Assembly (NCBI RefSeq): GCF_006345805.1
Contig: NW_021836336.1
Span: 1 to 24,372 of the forward strand
Origin: Octopus sinensis
Taxonomy: Eukaryota
Direction: 5' to 3'
DNA: 24,372 bases
Part shown: one piece after another, positions 11,413 through 22,853 of the stretch
How the letters are laid out: every line of letters begins with the position of its first letter
How positions within the stretch are numbered: the stretch's first letter is position 1
The notes under the pieces: generated by a model
Databases searched by the model: none
What the model was told of the DNA's origin: nothing
Seen by the model: the letters and a program-made list of their open reading frames with translations, nothing else
Program-made: the position numbers and the translations under genes

Positions 11413-11830
11413 TATATTTATTATATAAAATCCGTTAAGGCGGCGAGCTGGCAGAAACGTTAGCACGCCGGAAGAAATGCTTAGCGGTATTTCGTCTGCC
11501 GTTAAATTCTGAGTTCAAATTCCGCCGAGGTGAATTTACCTTTCATCCTTTCGGGGTCAATAAATAAAGTACCAGTTACGCACTGGGGTCGATGCAATCG
11601 ACTTTATCCCTTTGTCTTTTTTTGTCCCCTCTATGTTTAGCCCATTGTGGGCAATAAAGATATATATATAAAATCCGTTCTGTCTGTTTGTCTGTGTGTC
11701 TTCTAGGATCTCGGGCGTCCTGCATCCGATTGCGCTAAAATTTGATATGTAGATACCGACGGTATCAGGGTATGTATAATTCTTAAAAATTTACAAAAAC
11801 CGATTCTAGATGAGAATGAAATCGATAAAG
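11413..11830 (+). mobile_element. Probable 5' end of a non-autonomous Helitron-like element, interrupted by the SINE
   Basis: With the SINE removed the sequence reads tatataaaatccgttctgtctgtttgtctgtgtgtc...ccgattgcgctaaaatttgatatgtagata. This resembles the TATATAAAA...(GTCT)n...CCGATT...AAATTT 5' pattern of invertebrate non-autonomous Helitrons. No 5'-TC or 3'-CTRR end is clearly visible. Confidence 0.45.
11437..11664 (+). mobile_element. Full-length family-1 tRNA-derived SINE with 15-bp target-site duplication
   Basis: Head aaggcggcgagctggcagaa, B-box-like GAGTTCAAATTCC and tail gtgggcaataaaga. tatataaaatccgtt occurs at both 11422-11436 and 11665-11679. Confidence 0.92.
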
Positions 11831-12094
11831 CCGTTTTTATCCTGCTTTTCTTCCGTCAACCTGTACATAACTGCCCCTTCCATTTTTTGTTGCTTTTGTA
11901 CTGCTTAAAGGCACGGTTCTTTCCTGCCAAGCTTACTGTTTAAACCACGTTTGTGTTCTCCCAGTCATCAGCCTTATCACTACTGGTACTTTAAACTCTT
12001 CGGTTGCATATTTGTGAGAATAAAATCGTTTTTCTTTGGAATAGATATCTATCTTTATTTCTTCTTTTGCTGGTGTCTCAAATTTAGGTTAAAT

Positions 12095-12652
12095 CAGTGT
12101 TTCTGAAAGGGATGGCCTATGGGACGGTCGGACAAGTTGTTTTGAGAAAATTTAGATTAAATGTTTGACAATTCAGCACCGTCCATTGGAGTAGGGCGGG
12201 GGGCATTTTGCCACATCACAACACACCACCCACAACACACCACCCACACACCCATCGCCACATATCCACACCCACACGTACATACACACACACGTCCAGA
12301 CCACCAGCCTTCTTTCATACGCACATACATACTCTCTTATACACACACGCACCTTTGTGTTGGGGTCACCTTCTTATTGGAAGTCACTTGACCCTGTTAT
12401 CTCCCCTACTGTCCTTCTCGCGTCTGACCACTGTCCAAAGTCAGGACGCCATGATAGATCGTTAGCTCCTACACGCATTTTTTCTCTCTTTGTTTCTCTC
12501 CCTGTTTTTTTCTGTGTATCTTTCTGTCGAAGAGCGTAGGCTCGAAACGTAAAAGACTTTTGCTATTTCTATTCCTGAGCGTTATACTAATATATTTGTT
12601 TGTTTGTACTCCACCTGCCTTCGTCTTTTGTTTATTTTTGTAAACTTTCCCG
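12095..12652 (+). mobile_element. Penelope-like element 3'/pLTR remnant carrying a hammerhead-like motif
   Basis: The 3' ~200 nt (from gccatgatagatcgttag) is homologous to 20538-20724 and contains the hammerhead-like motif. The element ends in (TA)n. The upstream peptide LKGMAYGTVGQVVLRKF...FSTVH is only weakly suggestive of a GIY-YIG C-terminus. Confidence 0.6.
12519..12556 (+). ncRNA. Minimal type-I hammerhead ribozyme motif, variant core CUGUCGA
   Basis: TCTTT-CTGTCGA-A-GAGC(GTAG)GCTC-GAAA-CG-TA-AAAGA: 5-bp stem I, 4-bp stem II, ACGT palindrome in place of stem III. Confidence 0.65.
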
Positions 12653-12682
12653 TTATATATATATATATATATATATATATTA

Positions 12683-12885
12683 ATGTGATCACTGCATCGA
12701 CTCGTCATTGCAGGTGACAGCCGTCAGTGCCTCTCTGATTCGTGCGTTCCTCATCTACGTTGCTCCTAACGCTTGTCGTATTCCGTCAACCAGCGTTTCA
12801 GATGCTTTCCGATTTCCCTCCGTCTGCGCCAGTACTACTCGACAACAGCGCGAGTCCACCGATTGTCAGGTTCGCCGACAATATA
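12683..12885 (-). mobile_element. 5'-truncated RTE-clade LINE 3' end
   Basis: Minus-strand translation VGEPDNRWTRAVVE*YWRRRREIGKHLKRWLTEYDKR matches the RTE C-terminal motif DNRWTxxxxEWYPRxxKRxxGRPxxRW. It ends in gtgatcac next to (TA)n. Confidence 0.75.
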
Positions 12886-14146
12886 TATGTATGTATATAT
12901 ATAAGGAATCTTTACTCATAGTACTAATTTGCTTGTGGACCCAGGATTAATTGCACCCATACAGTGTCAATATATTCTTTTAAATTGTTTATTTAATGAT
13001 AAGAACTATCTAACTTTAATGATTATGCAATGTTTATTAAGCGTATTTAATATACTCTGGGTACTTGTGAATTTTATTCATGATAATAACTAACAAGCGA
13101 TTTGGCCTTAAGTATTAAACGCCCAATTGTAAGTGGATTTATAATTGTGTACTGTAGTGTGCCTATAAGATGGAATTTTCTTCGGTACTTGTATACATCT
13201 AATTACTAACACAATTTGCTATATATGAGGTTAGGTCCAAATTTATTTTCTAGCAGCCTTTACAGAGACCCGCTGTAATACCTCTACTAGTTTCCTCCCC
13301 TTAACTATAACCCGAGTCTATTTTCCGTTTTTTTTTTTTTTTGACCGTTGTCTCATGTATGTTATATCGTTAAGCTGCAGAAGGACATAAGCGGGCTTGC
13401 ACCAATTATATTATTGTATTCTTCCCTGGACCCTTTATTTTTTCTTATTTATTTTTATTGACATATCCATTGTAACGGTTTTAACTTCTGACCTCGGTTC
13501 AAATATAATTTGACCAATTATAGAGACCACTGGGCATAGACTTGCCCTATTGTGGACTCTAAGTGGAGCTCTTGGGTAATACTTCAGTGAGTACACTTTC
13601 TTAGGTACCCTACGTTAATTTTTGGGATACATTTTAAACTTGTATTTACTCGTTAGCATAGGTACTGCCCTTTCATAATCATGCTAGTAAATTTTCTTGC
13701 ATTATGTTACTTTGATAAATTTTAAAAGATCTTGGCTCCCCCTTAAATTGAAACTAACCGTAAAATATATTTTATTATTCCCTCGACCATTACTATATCA
13801 CTATTTTACCTACAGACCTCGTAACCCCAAGATGGTTGATTATATGCATTCGATATATTAGGCTTCTAGACTTATTTTATAAGCCATGTTTTCTTACCTA
13901 TTCTTTATTTTGTTTATTTTGGATGCTCTTGCTTTTACTGTAATTTGAATGTCCGATGGAGATGAAGAATTTTGCTTACGCAATTATTTATAGACAGTTT
14001 TTGGAAACGGCTGCAGAAGCGGTAGTACGATTTGTTACGTCAAATATATGTTATATCATGCTTTGTATTAAAAAATAGTAATAAATGTGGTCCAATCGAT
14101 GTGTTTGTGTTGCCTGATGTTTTTCTCCATTTTCTGATTATTTCTG

Positions 14147-14197
<51 letters not shown>

Positions 14198-14764
14198 ATT
14201 TTCACCCTTCATTATTACGGATAACCATATTTTATCTCAGTAGATGACCACAGCATCTTGTTTTTTGGCTACACGCGGGTGGAAGGGCTGTTGACACAAT
14301 CGTTTCATTCACAAATTGAATTCGGTGATACCAGTTGCGGATTCTAGCTCGCTTGATATTGAGTGGAGTTGGTGTCCTTCTGGTATCTCAAAATTCAATA
14401 TATAATCATTTATGATTATAGTATTCTAGCTGAGAGAAAAGAAGTTTCGGTAAGATAGAATTATTTATTATTTAATATTTAATATTTAGTTCTTATGCTT
14501 TCCTTAAAACTTGATTTCGAAACGTACGTCCGTGGATAACTAAAAAAATGTATGATAGATTGCAGTCAATTCATTCTCTCTTACCTGTTTGTGTCTGCGC
14601 CAAATGCTGTTTTTACTGAGATCTCCCTTGTTTAGTAGAAGAAATAGCTATAACCCTTTGCTGCTATTTCTAAATTCGGTGTGTGGTAAGGCAACTCGTT
14701 GCTAAACCCTTATTGCTTAGTATATATATATATATATATTATATTGTACATACATATACATATT

Positions 14765-14796
<32 letters not shown>

Positions 14797-14992
14797 ATAT
14801 ATGTACATACATATACATACATATATATATATACTTTATCAATAAAGGTGCCCCTCGAACGGGAGGGGATGTGAAACTCTAAGCAACAGCTTTTGTGATG
14901 TCTTTTGCACCTTCTTAATAAAATGTTACTCTACCTCCGTTATTCGACTACTCTTTTTCTCCACCTTGCTATACATGCAATGTGATTAATCT

Positions 14993-15050
<58 letters not shown>

Positions 15051-15149
15051 TATATATAATAATATATATATAACGATTAAACGTCTCCCTTTTGAAGCCT
15101 AGCTGTGCTCATGTGGCCTGGTTTTTCCAGTTTCTGTGTTGTGTGTGTT

Positions 15150-15533
15150 TCCCCCAGCTGATTCCGGGTTCAGACCCACTGCGTGGCACCTTGGACAAGT
15201 GTCTTCTACTATAGCTTCGGACCGACCAAAGCATTGTGAGTGGATTTGATAGACGGAAACTGAAAGAAGCCCGTCGTATATATGTATATATATAAATATA
15301 TATACAAGTGTGTGTGTGCGTTTGTGTGTCCGTGTTTGTTCCCCCCAGCATCTCTTGACAATCCAAGCTGGTGTGTTTGCGTCCCCGTAAGCCAGCGGTT
15401 CGGAAAATGAGACCGATAGAATAAGTACTAGGCTTAGAATAAATAAGTCCTAGGGTCGATTTGCTCGAATAAGGGCGGTACTCCAGCATGGTCGCAGTCA
15501 AATGACTGAAACAAGAAAAAGAGTAAAAGAGTA
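15150..15533 (+). mobile_element. Family-2 SINE, nearly full length
   Basis: gggttcagacccactgcgtggcaccttggacaagtgtcttctactatagc...gacggaaactgaaagaagcccgtcg...aatgactgaaacaagaaaaagagtaaaagagta. Confidence 0.9.
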
Positions 15534-15625
15534 TGCATATAGATATATACGTCATGTATATATAAAGATATACATATAAACAAACACACACACACACCAC
15601 ACACACACCACATATATATATATAT

Positions 15626-15683
15626 CGGTGCTCCAGCATGGCCACAGTCAAATGACTGAAACAAGTAAAAGAGTAAAAGAGTA
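15626..15683 (+). mobile_element. Second, severely 5'-truncated family-2 SINE tail
   Basis: A 58-nt copy of 15476-15533 with 4 mismatches, separated from it by a TA/CA microsatellite. Confidence 0.85.
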
Positions 15684-15744
15684 TACATATATATACATAA
15701 ATATGTATAAATATATATATATACATCCACAAAAGCACACATAT

Positions 15745-15796
<52 letters not shown>

Positions 15797-16175
15797 GTAT
15801 GTTTCTGTACAGTTACTGTGCGATGCGCACGCATGTTGCTTGGACTGTTTAAATTCAAATGAAAAACGTATAAAGAATGGTTTATCTTATTTCTAGGTTA
15901 AACAAGTCATGTTAGCGAAATGACATACAATTTAGAAGGAGGATTAGGTGGAATATGTCATTAACACATATATGTTTTCAAGGTATCTTGAATGAACACA
16001 TTTTGTCTAGTATGTCTTTGAACGGTTTCCCAAGACTCAATCCTTAATTATACTCATCATACTGTTAGAGAAAGTAACTAAAATGGCCACAAGAAACGGT
16101 CACATTCTTACGAAGTCACACATGAAATAAATCCACTATTTAATTGACACATATATATAACACAGACACACAAAA

Positions 16176-16221
<46 letters not shown>

Positions 16222-16408
16222 ACACAATATATATATATATATATATACATATCTGTACATATATACACACATAATATACATATATATATATACATATATA
16301 TATTCATTTTATATACTCTGCCTCTCTCTCACACACACACATACACACACACACACACACCACACACACACAACATATATATATATTATATATATATATA
16401 TCTATATT

Positions 16409-16567
<159 letters not shown>

Positions 16568-17789
16568 CAGAGAGGGAATGAGGGAGAAAGTAAGTGCCAT
16601 GAGAACAGAGTGTTGGAGGAAAGAAATTGAGTGAAATAGAGTGTGAGAGAACCACATACGTAGAGAAAAATATGAGCGTGAGTACAATATGCATGTAGCT
16701 GGACAGCTGGGTGTATATAGATCTAGCTATATGTCATAACTATATTGTATTAGCACATCTAATGCAATAGTAATTAATATTATAATATGTATTCGATACC
16801 ACAACGATATTGTATTATATTGTATTAGAAGCGTTGCGGTAACATAATGGTACTTTTTTTTTTTTTGAAACAATATCAGTGTAATACAATGGTTACATAG
16901 ACGTATGGTTTCCTAGATAACATACGGTTTTCGGAAAATGTGCTGTATTCGACTAGAATGCCCTGTACAAAGTTTTAAAAGGAATCTTCTTTTAATCCAT
17001 AGAAACCAGCTTGCGTGAAAATGCGCAACGCAATAATTTTCTGCTTGTGATATGAGTAATTGTTTTTTTTTTTTCTCTTTTCCGTTTGCATTTTTCAGAT
17101 ATTTCTTCTTTTCACTCGCCTTCATTCTTTGCTTTTAGTTTTGTGATGACTATGGGATCTAAGAAAGGAATTAAAAGAAGGATATTAAAAAGCAAAAGAA
17201 AACGAAAATGGTGTGTAAACTAAACACGGTTATAGAGTATTCTTTCGGAAGGATTATTGCGCTAGATCGTGGATCAGCTGGACTTCTTTTATTTACGGAA
17301 TTTTCCTTTATATGCCCAACATTTCAATACCAATTCTCTTTCATTCATCAAATAGTAAAAATGGTATTTCGATGTTTCCATCCGTTTTGTTCTATTTCTC
17401 CTTTTTTGTTTCCATTATTTTACTTTGTCATTCTTCTCAGTGCCTCACATGGTTATTAGCAGTTTCTATAAGAAACCATAGCCAACAGCTATCAGTGATT
17501 TTTTATGTTTTCTCTATCTCCGTAAACAATACATCGCGCGAGAATCTTCCTATTTAGCACACCCGCCATTAGAGAATTCGAGACATGTAGAGACTCGCTG
17601 CCTTCCTTCGATCTTCTGCAAATATCAACGGAATATTTTCCTTCCAACATTCCATAATGAGTTAAAATGAGAACGCTTTGATAACGTATTCTTAGATATT
17701 CCATACTGCAACATATTACAGGATGATCACGGCTGGAATGTCTCTGATGATAGGCCTTCAATGTGTGTGTCTGTGTATATAAATATAAG

Positions 17790-17855
<66 letters not shown>

Positions 17856-18059
17856 TTACATGCACCCGACGCGTTGAGTGTGTATGTACTCCACCCCACC
17901 AGTAACATCCCACCGGTAAATACACGAATCATATGCGTTAAGTATAAGTGGTTAAGGATATATATATATAGGGTGCGTAATATATTTGAGGACATACCTT
18001 TTGGGGTCATTGCTGCATTTTTTGCTAACTCTGCATAATCTTTGTTTCAGAAAATAATA

Positions 18060-19031
18060 ATGGCAAACCCTCACCATACTCAAGAAATGGAGAGGCATGC
18101 GATCATTGTGGTTATAAAGAATGAGCATAGCGATTTCAAAATATCTCGATTTTTAAATGTTGCCAGGTTTTTCGCCCACAAGGTTTGTAAGTAGCTAGAA
18201 ACGGGACATCACCAGTATCTAGGCATAAAAAGCATTCTAAACACTCTGAAGTCATCAGAATACCTGAATTTATCCAACAGGTTCAACAGACCATTGATTA
18301 CAATCCCAGAAAATCCATGAGGTCAATTGCAAAAGATCTATCAGAATAAACAGTCAGAAATGCTGTCCACGAAGACATCAGACAGAAGTCTTTTATGATG
18401 AGGAAAGGTTAATATGTTAGAAAAAGTAAAAGAAAATCACTACATCAGATCTAAAAGCCTCTTGAACAAACTGAAGACTCCAGCAGAATATGTTTCGGTT
18501 TTTCTCAAACCTGAAAACTTCGACCAAGATCATAAAGTTAACAGAAGAAATTTTAGAATGTTATTAACAAATGTGTTTGTGGAGGCATGAATCAGAGTTG
18601 TGATCTCTATTGTTTTTGGTCCTAAACTGGGAACATTAAAATTTCCAGTTAATCATGTACAAAATCTTCGACCAAGATCAAAGAGTTAATAGAAGAAATC
18701 ACAGATGGTTATGTGCAGACATTTCTGAAGTTCCAAATGTTGTGCATACAACATTTCCTGAAACTGTCATGATTTTTAGGGATTGTCAGCAATGAAGCAC
18801 ATGTGATGCCTCCTTACTTCTTTCCACAAGGCCTTAGAGTTAACTACCGTCTACATTGAAGTCCTAGAAATAATTATTAAACCCTGGATAGACAGTGTAT
18901 GCAATGGAATGCTATATGTGTTTCAGGAAGACTCTGCTCTATTGCACATGGCTCTAGTAATACAGGAATGGATGGCCGAAAATTTCCATGATCACGTAAC
19001 CCTTAATATTTGGCCTCCTAATTCCCGAGAT
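18060..19031 (+). mobile_element. Degraded Tc1/mariner-superfamily transposase, DD37D (maT)-like
   Basis: MANPHHTQEMERHAIIVVIKNEH...NPRKSMRSIAKDL...NFDQDQRVNRRNHRWLCADISEVP...VSNEAHVMPPYFFPQGLRVN...YVFQEDSALLH...WPPNSRD, with multiple stops and frameshifts. Spacing from the second D to the truncated DLNPLD would be 37. A 9-nt inverted match, gtgcgtaat (~17973) / attacgcac (~19072), may be a TIR remnant. Confidence 0.85.
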
Positions 19032-19228
19032 CCCGCGTATATTCATTTCAACTAAGTGTCTCATTGTAGAAATTACGCACATCATTAAACATTTGTTCAA
19101 AAGATAATGAATTAAAGTTTTAATACTAATCTTTCTTCAAGATTTTTTTATTATATTGTTACGATCTTTTGTTAATTGTGTATACATACTACCACACACA
19201 CACACACCACACACACACACACACACAC

Positions 19229-19270
<42 letters not shown>

Positions 19271-19278
19271 TATATATA

Positions 19279-19585
19279 TATATAATATAATTCGAGACAA
19301 GAAAGACTTAATCAAGACATAAAATTTTAATATAAATAAATAAACCGCCACTACAATTGTTTATGTCTGCTACCGACATTCTTCAGGTGGATTTTCGATC
19401 TAAAAATATCAATATTTTAAAATATAATTTAAAATAATTTAAAATAATAAAATAATATAATTATCAATGAAAGAATATAAAAATAAGAATATATAATCTA
19501 TATTTATATTAAAATTTTATGTATTGATTAAGTCTTTCCTTGTTTGGTTTTAAAATAGTGGTTTTGTCTCGAATTATATTATATA
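19279..19585. mobile_element. Penelope-like terminal structure: inverted repeat arms flanking a hammerhead-like motif
   Basis: 19279-19300 pairs with 19564-19585, and 19301-19338 pairs with 19501-19538 (1 mismatch). The left arm lacks about 25 nt present in the right arm. Confidence 0.7.
19348..19390 (-). ncRNA. Minimal type-I hammerhead motif, probably inactive (G12 deleted)
   Basis: Minus strand: CCAC-CTGAAGA-ATGTC(GGTAGCA)GACAT-[G missing]AAA-CAATTG-TA-GTGG. Stem I is a perfect 4 bp, stem II is 5 bp, and the stem III region is the palindrome ACAATTGT. Confidence 0.7.
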
Positions 19586-20183
19586 ATATTTTACTATAAA
19601 ATTGGATTTAACCCTAAATCTGATATTTCCCTGTAACTTTGGATTCATTCCCTAATATTTATTATTATATATATATATATATATTTCTTATTGAAACATG
19701 TTAACTCTGAAACAAACACTTTGATGGCTGCAACGACACTTCTAGAAATTTGCTAAAATTAAGATCATTTTTACAAACAAAATCTTTCACTATTGTGAGA
19801 AATAAATCTTTTATTGCTACACGCCGACTCTAATCTTGGAGGAAAGATCGAAGAAATTAATGCAATTTGATATATAATCAGTACTTAATTGTTATAACTC
19901 AAATAGAATCATGGTGTCTAGCGAAACGTTTGATGCCGTACTATTATCGAAAACACTGTGGTAAACTTTTTATTGGGAATTAAAATTTCATGCTGTAAGA
20001 ATTATAATATTTTCAACTAAATTTTAAAAAGAAATAAGGAAAATCGTTAAAATTAATAAATAAATGTATCGATTGCCGGCTGTCAGAAGAGTTTCACATT
20101 TTTCACTCATAATATTTCGTTGTATTCAAAGCGAGTGAAAGAGGTAAACAAATAGAGAAGGAGGAAGAGGAGGTGAGGGGAGG

Positions 20184-20198
<15 letters not shown>

Positions 20199-20232
<34 letters not shown>

Positions 20233-20253
20233 GAGAGAGAGAGAGAGAGAGAG
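20199..20253. repeat. (GA)n microsatellite
   Basis: Directly visible. Confidence 0.95.
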
Positions 20254-20489
20254 CAGTAGATAGACTAAACTTATTTTGTGGCCATAATTAGAAATTAGAG
20301 ATAAATGGGGGAATCAATACATGCGAGGAATCTGCTGTATAGGTAACCAGATCCTGCGAGCTATAAACAACATATGTTTCACTCTTTCTCAACGAAGGTT
20401 TAGTGGGGTCCTTAGCCGGAAATGATAGCACAGATACAAACATATCGTCAGCCAATACGTATAGATTGACTATTTCAATTCAATATATT

Positions 20490-20524
<35 letters not shown>

Positions 20525-20537
20525 CACCATGATCACT

Positions 20538-20724
20538 GCCATGATAGATCGTTAGTCACTACACACATTTTTTTTCTCTCCTTGTTATTTCTGTCTACCT
20601 TTCTGTAGAAGAGCGTAGGCTCGAAACGTAAAAGACTGTTTCTATTCCTGGGCGTTATACTAATACATCTGTTTGTTTTGTATACCACCTGTCTTCGTCT
20701 TTTGTTTTTTTCGTAAACTTTCCC
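20538..20724 (+). mobile_element. Second copy of the Penelope-like pLTR fragment with hammerhead-like motif
   Basis: Homologous to 12448-12652 and flanked by (TA)n on both sides. Confidence 0.7.
20599..20634 (+). ncRNA. Minimal type-I hammerhead motif, variant core CUGUAGA
   Basis: CTTT-CTGTAGA-A-GAGC(GTAG)GCTC-GAAA-CG-TA-AAAG. Confidence 0.6.
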
Positions 20725-21099
20725 TATATATATATATTTATATATATCACCGTGATAAAATTAATATAAACAGCACTCTGCAATGTTTCACCATAAAAGA
20801 GAATTATATTTGTAACTAAATGAACGAGGTTGTTAGTAAACACCTACATTGCTTGAAATAAGAGTGAAAGCCTTCCAATGACGCACTTAACGCTCGTGAA
20901 TGAAAACATATACAATAACAGAGACCATAATTGTCCGAAAATTACTGATCGCAAATTCTCAATTTTGACGTCGGTTTCTGCTATTTCCGTTGTCTCATCA
21001 GTTAAGCCGGTTACGCGTGTGTGTGTGTGTGTGCGTTCACAGATATTTATATGTACATTAATATACACCAACACTTATAAATATATGTAGATATATATA

Positions 21100-21178
<79 letters not shown>

Positions 21179-21188
21179 ATATCTATCT
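21100..21188. repeat. (TATC)n microsatellite
   Basis: Directly visible. Confidence 0.95.
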
Positions 21189-21489
21189 CTATATATATGT
21201 AAAACAACAACAATACATTCATTTGATTAATATATTTCTACGTAATAATATCTTGTGTATATATATTTAGAGAGAGAGTGAGAGAGACCTTGCGCAATAT
21301 AAATAATTTGATTGATTAAATATGCAATAATATAGCATAATATCAATAAGAAAATGGATAAGTTTACAAATTTGCCGGTTGTGCTCGGTTCTTCACATCC
21401 ACATCATTAACTCAGTAATGTTGGTTTGTTTGTGTTTAATCTAACACTCGTCAATTTAAGCTTCTCTCCCTGTGTTTCAGAAATCTTTA

Positions 21490-21670
21490 CACCACCAGCC
21501 CACCATTAGCACCACGACCACGACCACCACAACCACGACCACCACCAACCACCAGCAACACCACAACTGTTGGCTTGACGATCACCACTGCCTTCACATC
21601 CGCTACCAACAACACTACTACCGTCGTCTCTACTACCATTATCAACACCACCATCTCCACTTCCACCATT
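21490..21670. repeat. Degenerate (ACC/ACT)n trinucleotide low-complexity tract
   Basis: Runs of acc/acg/act/cac. It reads as poly-Thr only across a frameshift. Confidence 0.8.
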
Positions 21671-21847
21671 ATGTAGAATACTACAAGCAAAAAGTGCCAA
21701 TCTCCTTCATCCCCGTCCACTATGTTTCCACTTTGCCTATTTAGCAAACATGCACATATATTTATGCCGTGCAAATATATACATGAATACATACAAACAT
21801 ATGTGTGCGTGTATGTGTACGTAAATTCACACACACACACACACACA

Positions 21848-21924
<77 letters not shown>

Positions 21925-22712
21925 GATTAACAGATGTACATAAATATATGCATACATACAGATATGTAGACACACACATACATACGTGGGTGTATATATA
22001 TATATATATATATATTTATGTAAAGCCAGTGAACTGCAATGGCAACACAGGTTTAACTTTGAATCTCTTTAACAATTCAAAATAAGGAATTTAATTCCTC
22101 TTAATTCTACCTCAGTACATCTAATTGTATTTATTTATCACTACTTTTCATAAAAAAAAGCCTTAATTTTTTATTTTTATATTCAATGTCCCTTTTCGCT
22201 TTTCTTCTTACGTTCCCCGTATCTTTTTTCCGTGCAATTTCTATTTTCTTTTTGATACGTATTTCTATTATATACTAGAAGCAAAAAGCCACTATTACCA
22301 CCTTAAAATCTCCGAGAATAACACACTATACTGCAGGCAAGCAAAAGTATAATAATGAATCAACAAGGCTGGTTAATTGTGTATAGGATCGAATTTCAAG
22401 TTTATAGTAAAAATGAAATGTTTTACCTACTGTTTTCTTCAGCACAGTACTGCATAAGATAAATTCACGAGTATCTCAAAATATGCATACGATCAAACGA
22501 CTTCGTATGACCAATATTTCTCTACACTCGTAAAAATATATTGCCAAATATAATTCACGTTTTTCCTTTGTACCCGATCCCTTGATATGATTGTGTACAT
22601 AATAATAAAATATTTCGTAAAATTTACCTATGAAATTTTTATTTCCCCAATTGGCAACGTTGTAAAATTCTTATTCATTTTACCCTGTTAGTATATATAA
22701 ATGATATTTGAA

Positions 22713-22811
<99 letters not shown>

Positions 22812-22832
22812 ATCTATATCTATCTATCTATA
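22713..22832. repeat. (TATC)n microsatellite
   Basis: Directly visible. Confidence 0.95.
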
Positions 22833-22853
22833 TATTGGAATTACTCTGTTTCC

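Noticed and set aside
11437-11525. tRNA-like A/B boxes
   Set aside because: They are SINE heads with no complete cloverleaf, so not called as tRNA genes.
12708-12950. Plus-strand 156-nt exon candidate (12714-12869) / 80-aa ORF
   Set aside because: It is better explained as the antisense strand of the RTE C-terminal DNRWT...RW fragment.
14230-14400. Open frames on both strands (VDDHSILFFGYTRVEG... and RTPTPLNIKRARIRNWYHRIQF...)
   Set aside because: Short, with no recognisable motif and no consistent splice-site pair.
14640-14671. 9-bp hairpin agaaatagc / gctatttct
   Set aside because: Expected by chance in AT-rich DNA, and no functional context is evident.
20960-21006. Minus-strand CTGATGA...GAAA...GTC hammerhead-like motif
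   Set aside because: Neither stem I nor stem II can pair.
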